Shown here: piece after piece, positions 31,474 to 43,908 of the stretch
How the letters are laid out: each line of letters begins with the position of its first letter
How positions within the stretch are numbered: the stretch's first letter is position 1
Assembly: GCA_934149465.1 (NCBI GenBank)
Contig: CAKPEZ010000004.1
Span: forward strand, 5,463-69,462
Source: an uncultured Bacilli bacterium
GTDB lineage: Bacteria; Bacillota_I; Bacilli_A; RF39; UBA660
Reading direction: 5' to 3'
Length of the DNA: 64,000 nucleotides
Notes under the pieces: generated by a model
Seen by the model: the letters and a program-made list of their open reading frames with translations, nothing else
What the model was told of the DNA's origin: nothing
Database searches by the model: none
Translations under genes and position numbers: made by a program

Positions 31474-32070
31474 TTATGATAATTCTTTTCTCTCATCTAT
31501 AGCAAGTTCTAAAGTCATAGAATCAATATATTCCATATCAGTTCCAATAGGAATACCAGAAGCTAATTTAGAGACTTTAATAGAACGATTACTCAAAAGC
31601 TTTTTGATATATTGCATAGTAGTCTCACCTTCGATATTTGGTCTTAATGCTAAAATAACCTCTGAAACGTCATTTTTTTCAATTCTATCAAGTAATTGAC
31701 CTATCTTAATATCATTAGGTCCAATACCATCTAACGGTGAAATAAGACCATCTAAAACGTGATATACGCCATTATATGCCCCTATCTTTTCAAAAAGCAT
31801 AACATCCTTAGCATTTTCTACAACAAAAATAACTTTATGATTACGTGAATCATTTTTACAAATAGCACATAAATCTCCATCAGCAAGATTATTACAAACT
31901 AGACATCTACCAAGATTATCCCTAGCTGATATTATTGCATCTGAAAATTCTGTTAATTTCTCTTTATCAAAATCTATCAAACTAAATGTCATTCTTTCAG
32001 CTGTCTTATCACCAATACCAGGAAATTCTTTAAAGCATTCAATTAAATCTCTTAAACATTTAGGATACAT
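31474..32070 (-). CDS. recR: Recombination protein RecR.
   Basis: HhH motif, a C4 zinc finger (CLVCNN...CAIC) and a Toprim domain. Confidence 0.95.
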   Translation of the reverse strand: MYPKCLRDLIECFKEFPGIGDKTAERMTFSLIDFDKEKLTEFSDAIISARDNLGRCLVCNNLADGDLCAICKNDSRNHKVIFVVENAKDVMLFEKIGAYNGVYHVLDGLISPLDGIGPNDIKIGQLLDRIEKNDVSEVILALRPNIEGETTMQYIKKLLSNRSIKVSKLASGIPIGTDMEYIDSMTLELAIDERKELS

Positions 32071-32375
32071 TATAATAACCCAGAAAGTCCCTTACCGTAC
32101 TTACCTATCTTTGCTTCTTTATCACTATCAACTTTCTTAACTGCATCATTAAATGCTATCATAATCATATCTTCAAGCATTTCTAAATCATCATTTTTTA
32201 ATTCTTCTTTATTATTAATAGTAAGCTTAACTATTTCTTTTTTTCCATTTAAAATAACTTCTACTAAAGAAGATTTTCCTTCATATTGACTCTTTTCTAA
32301 ATTTTCTTGAGTTTTCTTTAACTCATTTTGCATTTTTTGAGCCTCTCTAATTATATTTTGCATATTCATATTCAT
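32070..32375 (-). CDS. ybaB: Nucleoid-associated protein YbaB/EbfC.
   Basis: 101 aa in the YbaB family, lying between dnaX and recR. Confidence 0.85.
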   Translation of the reverse strand: MNMNMQNIIREAQKMQNELKKTQENLEKSQYEGKSSLVEVILNGKKEIVKLTINNKEELKNDDLEMLEDMIMIAFNDAVKKVDSDKEAKIGKYGKGLSGLL

Positions 32376-32393
32376 ATTTTTTCATTCCTTTCA

Positions 32394-34055
32394 TTATCTA
32401 TATTCGATCATATCACTACCAAAGGTAGAAATCAAATCATCAAGATCATTCTTTTCATTATTGATATTTTCTTGTACTTTTTCTTTTTTTAGGGAATATT
32501 TTATTCCATTTTTGATATTTTTAATATATGCTTCCCTCTCTTTTAACCATTCTTCTTGGGTAAGCGCTACACATTTATATAAAGATCCAAGCACATTATT
32601 TAAAAAATTAGTTACATCTTCCATCTCCAAATTTACTCGATCAACTACTGAAGAATAATTACCAAGTAATATCAAATACTCATCACCAGCAACCAAAACA
32701 GAAGTATCTTTTAAAATCCCCGCGATTACTCCATAAGTCTGATCAAGTAAATAATCATTTATTTTATTCCAATTACTTCTAATAGATTTTAATATTTCCT
32801 TATTAGCCGTTGCAAAAGCATTGTTTATCCTAATTTCAACTTCATTTTGAGTATTTTTCTTAACATTTTTCTTTTCTTCTTTTACTACATTAAAATTACT
32901 TTGGTTATCATTAATAATATTTTTTGCTTTCACTGGTTCATTACTAGTTTTCTCACTAGTATAGTTTGAATCAGTTTTATTACCAAGCTTATCAGAAATT
33001 TTCAAAAAGAAAACCTCTAATATTATTAATGGAAAATTAGATAACCTAACATTATTAATGATCTCATTTAATTCTTCCAAAAAATCATACAATTCAAAGT
33101 CTGAATATAGCTTATTTATTTCATCTATTTTCTCTTTTTTATCAAGCATCATCTTTTGAACATTAGTATTTCGGCATAAAATTGCATCTTTTATAAAAAT
33201 AAGTAATTCTTCTGAGAATCTTAGTATATCCTTTCCATTTTTATCAAGAATATCTAAAAAGTCTAAGATATTCATAGTATCATGATGTTTTATATCAACC
33301 ATTAATTTATTCATTTCTATATATGAAACTGTACCATTTATTTCATGAACATCACAAACAGTAATGGAATCATCTTTATATGCAGTTAATTGATCTAATA
33401 AATTAATTGCATCACGCATTCCACCGTCAGACAAACGGGCAATTTCATAAATTGCATCATCAGAAATCACTATATTTTCTTTAGAAGCAATAAATTTAAG
33501 TCGAGAAAACATATCGTCCATACTTAACTTAGTAAACTGAAATTTTTGACAACGAGACGCTACCGTTATTGGTATTTTATGAAGTTCTGTAGTTGCTAAA
33601 ATAAAAATTGCATGGGCAGGTGGTTCTTCTAAAGTCTTTAAAAGGGCATTAAAAGCACCTGTTGTAAGCATATGAACTTCATCTATTATATATATTTTAT
33701 ATTTACTTTTTGTTGGAACAAGACTTACTTTATCACGTAACTCTCTTATTTCATCCACTCCATTATTAGAAGCTGCATCTATTTCAATAACATCTTCATT
33801 TAAAGAAACTCCACGAAGGCAATTTTCGCATTTTCCGCAAGGTTCTCCATCAACCGGATTCTGACAATTGACCATTCTTGCAATAAGCTTGGCCATTGTT
33901 GTTTTACCAGTACCCCTTGGACCTGCAAATAAATATGCATGGGAGATCTTATTACTAGCAATTGCATGTTTTAAAACCTTAACAACTTTATCTTGACCAA
34001 CTACATCCTCAAAACTTGATGGTCTATATTTCCTATACAATGCCAAATATGCCAT
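32394..34055 (-). CDS. dnaX: DNA polymerase III subunit tau/gamma.
   Basis: Walker A GPRGTGKTT and a zinc module (CGKCENC). The supplied ORF starts 3 codons upstream, at 34064. Confidence 0.95.
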   Translation of the reverse strand: MAYLALYRKYRPSSFEDVVGQDKVVKVLKHAIASNKISHAYLFAGPRGTGKTTMAKLIARMVNCQNPVDGEPCGKCENCLRGVSLNEDVIEIDAASNNGVDEIRELRDKVSLVPTKSKYKIYIIDEVHMLTTGAFNALLKTLEEPPAHAIFILATTELHKIPITVASRCQKFQFTKLSMDDMFSRLKFIASKENIVISDDAIYEIARLSDGGMRDAINLLDQLTAYKDDSITVCDVHEINGTVSYIEMNKLMVDIKHHDTMNILDFLDILDKNGKDILRFSEELLIFIKDAILCRNTNVQKMMLDKKEKIDEINKLYSDFELYDFLEELNEIINNVRLSNFPLIILEVFFLKISDKLGNKTDSNYTSEKTSNEPVKAKNIINDNQSNFNVVKEEKKNVKKNTQNEVEIRINNAFATANKEILKSIRSNWNKINDYLLDQTYGVIAGILKDTSVLVAGDEYLILLGNYSSVVDRVNLEMEDVTNFLNNVLGSLYKCVALTQEEWLKEREAYIKNIKNGIKYSLKKEKVQENINNEKNDLDDLISTFGSDMIEYR

Positions 34056-34081
34056 TCTTATCACCTGTCTTCGTCTTCTTA

Positions 34082-34516
34082 TTATAACATAACATCTTTA
34101 CTTTTTTCACGTTTTTTAGCAAAAAAATCTTGCAAAATTTTCAAGCATTCTGTATTAATATTTGAATATTCTGAAATATCAGTTTTTTCGAACAAATGTT
34201 CGTTGTATTTGCTTTTTATTGCATAGATCACTTTTTTTATTCGAGCTTCTGCGATCGCTCCCTTACACATAGCACATGGTTCCAAAGTAACATACATAAC
34301 ACAATCATCTAATCTCCAGCTTTTTAGTTTTGAACAGGCCTTTTTTATAGCGATCATTTCTGCGTGTTTCAAAGCGTTTTGAGTTTTTTCTTTTTGATTA
34401 TAACCTCTTCCTACAATTTTATCTTTATAGACAATCACTGCGCCTATTGGTACTTCATTCAATAAATAAGCTTTCTCAGATTCCTTTAAAGCCAATTTCA
34501 TATATTTTTCTTCCAT
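34082..34516 (-). CDS. tadA: tRNA-specific adenosine deaminase TadA.
   Basis: CDA-fold motifs HAEMIAI and PCAMC. Confidence 0.9.
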   Translation of the reverse strand: MEEKYMKLALKESEKAYLLNEVPIGAVIVYKDKIVGRGYNQKEKTQNALKHAEMIAIKKACSKLKSWRLDDCVMYVTLEPCAMCKGAIAEARIKKVIYAIKSKYNEHLFEKTDISEYSNINTECLKILQDFFAKKREKSKDVML

Positions 34517-34553
34517 ATATTAATAACCCTCTCTTTTTTATTTTTTTTGATCT

Positions 34554-34646
34554 ATGTTTCACGTGGAACTTAATAGTTTTGTATACATCACTTTGTATTA
34601 GTTTGAAGATCTTTGAATTTATTCTGTTATGTTCCACGTGAAACAT
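34554..34646. repeat. Inverted pair (copies 1 and 2) of the 18-bp near-palindrome ATGTTYCACGTGRAACAT, about 57 bp apart, between tadA and the SRP RNA gene.
   Basis: Copy 1 is ATGTTTCACGTGGAAC(tt) at 34554; copy 2 is ATGTTCCACGTGAAACAT at 34629. Copy 2 is the exact reverse complement of copies 1 and 3. Confidence 0.8.
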
Positions 34647-34661
34647 ATTATAATTTCAACT

Positions 34662-34742
34662 ATAAAAAAGGCGCACACAATAGGTGGCTATTAAAGCTGC
34701 TGTCTTCCGACTCTGACTTGGTTCTAGCACTATTGTTGCGCC
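34662..34742 (-). ncRNA. ffs: Signal recognition particle RNA, small (4.5S-like) form consisting of helix 8/5 only.
   Basis: The minus strand reads GGCGCAACAAUAGUGCUAGAACCAAGUCAGAGUCGGAAGACAGCAGCUUUAAUAGCCACCUAUUGUGUGCGCC. The ends pair over about 13 bp, and the core matches the conserved domain IV motif GUCAGGUCCGGAAGGAAGCAGC. A U-run follows. Confidence 0.75.
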
Positions 34743-34748
34743 GATATA

Positions 34749-34777
34749 ATTATATAATACTTTCTTTTTTTTAGCAA
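34749..34777 (-). promoter_or_regulatory. Sigma-A-type promoter for the SRP RNA.
   Basis: Minus-strand TTGCTA-17 nt-TATAAT, ending 6 nt before the first G of the SRP RNA helix. Confidence 0.6.
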
Positions 34778-34857
34778 CTATTATTAATTAAACAACTATG
34801 TTTTAAGAAAAACATAAAACAAATTTAGTAAAAATAATAAAATAAAGCAGATCTTTT

Positions 34858-34948
34858 ATGTTTCACGTGGAACATTATTTTTTTTTATTGCAGTTCCATT
34901 ATTTATCTATAGTTCAAAGGATCGATCATTATGTTCCACGTGAAACAT
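34858..34948. repeat. Inverted pair (copies 3 and 4) of the same 18-bp near-palindrome, about 55 bp apart, between the SRP RNA promoter and the gyrA terminator.
   Basis: Copy 3 is ATGTTTCACGTGGAACAT at 34858; copy 4 is ATGTTCCACGTGAAACAT at 34931. Their spacing (73 bp) closely matches that of pair 1 (75 bp). Confidence 0.8.
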
Positions 34949-34951
34949 AAA

Positions 34952-34982
34952 AAAAGAATAGTACTTTTTTCACTATTCTTCA
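34952..34982 (-). terminator. Rho-independent terminator of gyrA, overlapping its last codons.
   Basis: Minus-strand AAGAATAGT-gaaaaaagt-ACTATTCTT followed by T5-7. Confidence 0.6.
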
Positions 34983-37429
34983 TTTATAGTATCAGTTACT
35001 GCATCTAAATCTTCTGTATAATTTCGTTCAACAATGGAAGTTGATGCTATTTTATTATTATCTTTTAATTGAATTAAACGAACACCCTGAGTAACACGAT
35101 TCATCGTAGAAATCTTATCGACATTAAGACGAATAACAAGACCACCAGTAGTAATAATAATAATATCTTCTGAGTTATCGACAGTTTTGAAAGAAACTAT
35201 TGAGCCGTTTTTTTCAGTAACACTTAATGTTTTAACTCCTTTACCTCCACGATTTGTAATACGATACTCACTAATAGGAGTCTTTTTGCCATAACCATTA
35301 TCAGTAATTACTAATACATCTTGAAGATCACTAGCAATTTCCATACCAACAAGAATACCGTCACCTAAATTAATACCACGTACTCCAGCAGCAGAACGTC
35401 CCATAACCCGAATCGTTGATTCATTAAAACGAACCATTCTACCATTAGAAGAAGCCATCAAGATATCGCTAGAACCTTCTGTTTTTCTTACAGAAATAAG
35501 TTCATCATTATCTTTTAAAGTAATTGCAATCTTTCCATTATTACGAATATTTTCAAATTCTTCAATAGAAGTTCTCTTAATCAAGCCTTGTTTTGTTGCA
35601 AAAACAAGATATCGACAGGCATCATCATTGCTTACCTTTAACATAGCAGTAACAGATTCACCTTTATCTAAACTCAACAAATTAATAATAGGCAATCCCT
35701 TAGACTGACGACTATATTCAGGAATTTCATAACCTTTTACACGATATACCTTACCTTTGTTAGTAAAGAATAACAAGTAATTATGAGTAGTTAAATTGAT
35801 CATTTGTTCGACAAAATCTTCTTCATTAGTAGCCATTCCTTTAATTCCAACGCCCCCACGATTTTGTGCCTTATAAGTATCGACAGGCAAGCGTTTGATA
35901 TAACCTTTATTTGTTAAAGTAATAACAATATTATCTTCAGGAATTAAAGATTCATCTTCAATATATTCGATAGCAGTCATATCAATATGAGTACGACGCA
36001 CATCACCATATCTTTGCTTAATATCTAATAATTCTTGTTTAATTATAGCAAGAACTTTATCATCACTAGCCAAAATTGACTTATATTCAGCAATTGCTGC
36101 TAATAATTCAGCTAATTCATTCTCTATCTTACTACGCTCTAGCCCAGTTAAACGACGTAACTTCATTTCAAGAATAGCATCAGTTTGGACATCACTTAAA
36201 CCAAAAGTTGACATTAATTTTTCTTTAGCTTCATCATCGCTTTGAGCTTCTTTAATAATCTTAATAACTGCATCAATATTATCAAGAGCAATCTTTAAAC
36301 CTTCTAAAATATGAACTCTTTTCTCGGCTTTGTCTAAGTCATACTTAGTACGACGAATGATAATTTCTTTTTGATAATCGATATATTTAGAAATTATCTC
36401 TTTCAAATTAAGAGTTCTTGGTTGATTATGATCTAACATCAAGAAAATAATACCATAAGTCGTTTGAAGTTGAGTATGTTTATATAAATTATTTAAAACT
36501 ACATTAGCATTAGCTTCTTTCTTTAAAGTTATTACTATTTTAATACCATTTTCAAGATTTGTTTCTTCATGATAATCAGCTATTCCTTCTAATACTTTAT
36601 CACGAACCAATTCAGCAATTCTAGTTTTTAACTCATGTGTATTAACACCATAAGGAATTTCAGTAATTACTATTAAATGCCTATCACGATGTTCTTGAAC
36701 TTCAGCCTTACATCTAATAGTAATAGTTCCACGACCTGTTTCATAAGCTTTTTTAATACCACTATTACCTAAAATAATAGCTCCAGTTGGAAAATCTGGC
36801 CCCTTTATATAATTCATTAATTCAGGAATTGTAATATCAAAATTATCAATATATGCAACGCAACCATCAATTACTTCCGATAAATTATGTGGAGGAATAT
36901 TAGTAGCCATACCTACTGCTATTCCCATAGTACCATTTACTAAAATGTTAGGAAATCTACTTGGCAAAACAGTTGGTTCTTTTTCTAGCTCATCAAAATT
37001 AGGAGTAAAATCAACAGTATCTTTATTAATATCTCTCAATAATTCCAAAGAAATTTTTGATAAACGAGACTCGGTATAACGCATTGCAGCAGCACCGTCA
37101 CCATCCATATTACCAAAATTACCATGACCATCTACTAACATATAACGATAACTAAAATCCTGTGCCATACGAACCATAGCTTCATAAATTGAAGAATCAC
37201 CATGAGGGTGATATTTTCCCATAACATCTCCGACTATTCTAGCACATTTACGATGTGGTTTATCCGGAGTATAACCAGATTCATACATAGAATATAAAAT
37301 ACGGCGATGTACTGGTTTTAAACCATCACGCAAATCAGGAAGTGCTCTAGAAACGATAACACTCATTGAATATTCAGTAAACGATTTTTTTACTTCTTCT
37401 ACTATATTGCATTTTTCTAATCTATCCAT
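34973..37429 (-). CDS. gyrA: DNA gyrase subunit A.
   Basis: The N-terminus ([18 protein letters not shown]...HRRILY) carries the active-site Tyr region. The likely start is MDRLEK at 37429; the supplied ORF extends to 37474. Confidence 0.95.
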   Translation of the reverse strand: MDRLEKCNIVEEVKKSFTEYSMSVIVSRALPDLRDGLKPVHRRILYSMYESGYTPDKPHRKCARIVGDVMGKYHPHGDSSIYEAMVRMAQDFSYRYMLVDGHGNFGNMDGDGAAAMRYTESRLSKISLELLRDINKDTVDFTPNFDELEKEPTVLPSRFPNILVNGTMGIAVGMATNIPPHNLSEVIDGCVAYIDNFDITIPELMNYIKGPDFPTGAIILGNSGIKKAYETGRGTITIRCKAEVQEHRDRHLIVITEIPYGVNTHELKTRIAELVRDKVLEGIADYHEETNLENGIKIVITLKKEANANVVLNNLYKHTQLQTTYGIIFLMLDHNQPRTLNLKEIISKYIDYQKEIIIRRTKYDLDKAEKRVHILEGLKIALDNIDAVIKIIKEAQSDDEAKEKLMSTFGLSDVQTDAILEMKLRRLTGLERSKIENELAELLAAIAEYKSILASDDKVLAIIKQELLDIKQRYGDVRRTHIDMTAIEYIEDESLIPEDNIVITLTNKGYIKRLPVDTYKAQNRGGVGIKGMATNEEDFVEQMINLTTHNYLLFFTNKGKVYRVKGYEIPEYSRQSKGLPIINLLSLDKGESVTAMLKVSNDDACRYLVFATKQGLIKRTSIEEFENIRNNGKIAITLKDNDELISVRKTEGSSDILMASSNGRMVRFNESTIRVMGRSAAGVRGINLGDGILVGMEIASDLQDVLVITDNGYGKKTPISEYRITNRGGKGVKTLSVTEKNGSIVSFKTVDNSEDIIIITTGGLVIRLNVDKISTMNRVTQGVRLIQLKDNNKIASTSIVERNYTEDLDAVTDTINEE

Positions 37430-37442
37430 AAATACACACCTC

Positions 37443-40494
<3,052 letters not shown>

Positions 40495-40595
40495 AATTTA
40501 GTCATATTTCCACCTTACCATATCACAAGTACTCCTCTATACATACTAAAATTATAGCATATAAATAGCAAAAATAAAAGAAAAAAGAAGATCTT

Positions 40596-41057
40596 TTACG
40601 CTAAAAGTTTCTTTTTTCTTTCCATTATTGCCATATGCAATTTTAAAGCTCTAGTCATTTGATTATCAAATATATTGGCAGATATTGGAATCTCAAGAGA
40701 AGTCCCATCATTAAAGAAAATAAGGGTTTTTCCATCTAAATCTATATATTTTATAACATTATTGTAGCTAATCCAACAACAAGTCAATAATCTAGGTGAA
40801 GAAGTAGGAAAAAATATTATTTCATTAAGTTCTTCAATAATAATTGGTACTTTGGAATTTATATTAATCATTGATTTAGTACCATCAACTCTACCATCAT
40901 AACTACTACCAAAAAAATTGCAAGAATCTTTAATTATTTTAATACTATTTTTAAAGACATAAAAATTTTTGTTTTTTTCATAGACTTTTGTCTTTTCGGC
41001 ATTTATTGGTATTATTGCAATAGTATTTTTATTTATTTCGTAATTATTCAAAACCAA
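40596..41057 (-). CDS. comK: ComK-family competence transcription factor homolog.
   Basis: 153 aa aligning with the B. subtilis ComK core. Matching blocks include SCNFFGSSYDGRVDGT vs SCRFFGSSYAGRKAGT, IFFPTSSPRLLTCCWISYNNV vs LFPTLSSTRPQCGWISHVHV, and EIPISANIFDNQ vs ELPISYNSFENQ. Confidence 0.7.
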   Translation of the reverse strand: MVLNNYEINKNTIAIIPINAEKTKVYEKNKNFYVFKNSIKIIKDSCNFFGSSYDGRVDGTKSMININSKVPIIIEELNEIIFFPTSSPRLLTCCWISYNNVIKYIDLDGKTLIFFNDGTSLEIPISANIFDNQMTRALKLHMAIMERKKKLLA

Positions 41058-41174
41058 AACCTCCTTTCTTTGAGTAGATATTAAAGCAAAAAGAAATGTC
41101 GAAATTTGTCAAATTATGTCGAAAAAGATAAAAATTAAAAAATCTCATCCAAATAAAGATGAGATTTTTAATAA

Positions 41175-42290
41175 TTAGTAAGTTTTTATTGGTAGAATTA
41201 ATTGTATCAATGATGAATCTTCACTAGAATTAATAATAATTGGACTGCTATCATTAATCATATTAATAGTTACTTTTTTAGTAGTAAAACTCTTTAAAGC
41301 ATCTAACATATACTTAGAACTAAATGAAATAGCGATTTCATCAGCACATTCTATTGCTTCTTTTTCTTCTACTTTACCTATTTCTGGGGAATTAGAAGAT
41401 ATAACAAGCATTCTATCTTTTATTGTAAGTTTAACAATATTTTTATCTCTATCACTAGTAAGTAATGACGCTCTATCGATCATGTTATATAAATTACTTA
41501 AATCTAATTCACAAGAAATTTTAAAAGTTGTCGGAATTATATTAGATGTAGCAGGATAAGTTCCATTTAATAAGCGAGATTGAAATAAGATATTTTTATA
41601 TTTAAATAAAACTTTATTATTAAAAATATGCATTTCAATATTTTCTTTATCATCTAGTAATACTTTAGATAATTCCATTAAGTTTCTAGCTGGAATTACA
41701 ATATTAATATCGTTATCAACAGTTGTGTCGATATCTATATTTTTCTTAGCTAGTCTATACGAATCAGTTGCAATTACTTCTAATAAAGTACTATTTATTT
41801 TAAAATTAATACCTGTTAATAATGGTCTTGCTTCATTAGTACTAGTAGCAAAAAATGTTTGATTAACTAAGTTTTTAACAGTTTGTGTATTCAAAACTAT
41901 TGGCTCTTTTTGAAGTTCTAAATATAAATTAGGAAATTCTTCGGGATCAATACCATTTAAATTAAATTCAGAATTTTCATTTTTTATTACCATCTTATAT
42001 CCATCATTTACTTCTATACTAATATTACCATTAGGAAGTTTTCTAATGATTTCTACAATATATTTACCATTAATTACAATGCTACCAAGTTCTTCTATTG
42101 ACTCAATATCACTTTGTGGTATAAATGTTTGAATAGATAAGTCAGTATCACTAGCACTTAAATATAAACCATCTTCCTTTAAGTCAAATTTTATACCTAC
42201 TAATATAGGAATTAAATTTTTACTAGAAATAGCTTTTGAAGTATTAGTCAAATTTTCTAGTAGTTTTTCTTTTTTAATAATTAATTTCAT
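41175..42290 (-). CDS. dnaN: DNA polymerase III beta sliding clamp.
   Basis: 371 aa with three beta-clamp domains, downstream of dnaA. Confidence 0.95.
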   Translation of the reverse strand: MKLIIKKEKLLENLTNTSKAISSKNLIPILVGIKFDLKEDGLYLSASDTDLSIQTFIPQSDIESIEELGSIVINGKYIVEIIRKLPNGNISIEVNDGYKMVIKNENSEFNLNGIDPEEFPNLYLELQKEPIVLNTQTVKNLVNQTFFATSTNEARPLLTGINFKINSTLLEVIATDSYRLAKKNIDIDTTVDNDINIVIPARNLMELSKVLLDDKENIEMHIFNNKVLFKYKNILFQSRLLNGTYPATSNIIPTTFKISCELDLSNLYNMIDRASLLTSDRDKNIVKLTIKDRMLVISSNSPEIGKVEEKEAIECADEIAISFSSKYMLDALKSFTTKKVTINMINDSSPIIINSSEDSSLIQLILPIKTY

Positions 42291-42470
42291 GTTATTCCTT
42301 CTTTCTTATTTTTTTATTTATATATATATTAATTATTATTATACTGTCGATAAGTGTCGATAACTCAGTAAATCCTTTATTTTTCAAGGGTTATTTTACA
42401 CATTAGCCTGTTCATAACTCTGTTCATAAGTGTCTAGTTATCGACAGGGGCCTGTCTATAAGCTAAGCAT
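42291..42470. other. oriC part 2 (dnaA-dnaN intergenic region): an AT-rich unwinding element plus a DnaA-box cluster.
   Basis: 42291-42340 is almost pure A/T, including a (TA)n tract. Six TTATNNACA-type boxes lie in 42345-42462: TGTCGATAA x2, TGTTCATAA x2, TTATCGACA and TGTCTATAA. Confidence 0.75.
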
Positions 42471-43826
42471 TTTCTCCAATTCTTTGATAATTGTTTGTAA
42501 CTGTTCATTAGTTTTTAAATCTTCTTCTATTAGATTAACAGCATGAATAATTGTCGAATGTTCTCTTCCACCAAAACAGCTTCCAATTCTAGGAAATGAT
42601 TCGTTAGTCATAGTTCGACATAAATATATTGCAATTTGTCTAGGTAAGACAATGCTCTTGGTTCTTTTTTTCCCTTTTAAATCATCTAGATTTACTTGAA
42701 AATAATCACATACTGTTCTTTGAATACGGTGAATATCATTTTTAAAAGCACTTTTAGTACCCATTTGTTCTTTTAGAGCATCAACTGCAACTTCTAAAGT
42801 GATTTTTCCACCATTCATCATTGTTGAAAAAGCAAATACCCTTGTAATAGCGCCTTCTAATTGCCTTATATCTGAATCAAAATTAGATGCTATATATTCA
42901 ATGACTTCATTAGGAACTTCATCTAACATTTCCTTATTTTGAATTTTTTTTCTAATAATATCAACCCTAAGTTCAAAATCTGGGGGAAAAATATTAACAG
43001 TAAGTCCCCACGAAAATCTAGTTCTAAGACGTTCTTCTAATAATTTTAAATCATCAATAGAACGATCAGATGCAATAATTATTTGCTTATTAGAGTTATA
43101 AAGTTCATTAAATGTATGGAAAAATTCTTGTTGGGTTTGCGAAGCGCCTTCTAAAAACTGTATATCATCTATCAATAAAACATCAATATTTCTGTATTTA
43201 TTTTTAAAGTTATCTATTAATTCTAAGCTATTTTTTTCTTTATTTCGTACTGTATTAATAAAATCATTAACAAATTTTTCACTAGTAACATATAATACTC
43301 TTTTATTGGTATTTTTTAAGATATAATTCCCAATAGCATGCATTAAGTGGGTTTTACCGAGTCCACTTTTTCCATATAAAAATAAAGGATTATAGCTTTT
43401 ACCTGGCTTTTCTGCAACTGAGAGTGCAGCCGTATATGCAAATTTATTAGTGTTTCCAACAATAAAAGTTTCAAAAGTATAATTAGGATTTAAATTAGCA
43501 TCTATGCTACTAATATTTGGAACTCCAATATCAACATCCTCAATAACAATTTTATTATTTTTTTCTTCATCTTCTTTTATTTCATCTTCTAAAACATAGA
43601 CAAAATTAAAATTAGTACCAGTAAGTTCATTAAATGTAGATTGAATGAGATCGGAGTAATTTTCTGATAAATGCTTTTTATGAAGAACATATGGAACTAT
43701 TACTGTTGCAGTTCCATCCTTTAAACTATATAATTTAGTATCACTAAACCAAGTAGCATAAGACAAAGCAGTAACTTGTTCATTTATTTTACTAAGAAAA
43801 TTTTTCCATAAAATATCTGTATTCAT
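42456..43826 (-). CDS. dnaA: Chromosomal replication initiator protein DnaA.
   Basis: AAA+ Walker A GKSGLGKTH and a domain IV DNA-binding helix. Confidence 0.97.
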   Translation of the reverse strand: MNTDILWKNFLSKINEQVTALSYATWFSDTKLYSLKDGTATVIVPYVLHKKHLSENYSDLIQSTFNELTGTNFNFVYVLEDEIKEDEEKNNKIVIEDVDIGVPNISSIDANLNPNYTFETFIVGNTNKFAYTAALSVAEKPGKSYNPLFLYGKSGLGKTHLMHAIGNYILKNTNKRVLYVTSEKFVNDFINTVRNKEKNSLELIDNFKNKYRNIDVLLIDDIQFLEGASQTQQEFFHTFNELYNSNKQIIIASDRSIDDLKLLEERLRTRFSWGLTVNIFPPDFELRVDIIRKKIQNKEMLDEVPNEVIEYIASNFDSDIRQLEGAITRVFAFSTMMNGGKITLEVAVDALKEQMGTKSAFKNDIHRIQRTVCDYFQVNLDDLKGKKRTKSIVLPRQIAIYLCRTMTNESFPRIGSCFGGREHSTIIHAVNLIEEDLKTNEQLQTIIKELEKMLSL

Positions 43827-43908
43827 CTAATCACCTTGCCTTAATTTCAGTTATCACCAATATTGTACATTACTTTCTTTAAAAAATAAAGTCTTTTTTT
43901 AAAAAGTA

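Noticed and set aside
34554-34948. CRISPR-like array suggested by the short repeats near the SRP RNA.
   Set aside because: The repeats are 18-bp palindromes in alternating orientation with irregular spacers of ~57 bp and ~210 bp. No cas genes are present. This is not a direct-repeat array.
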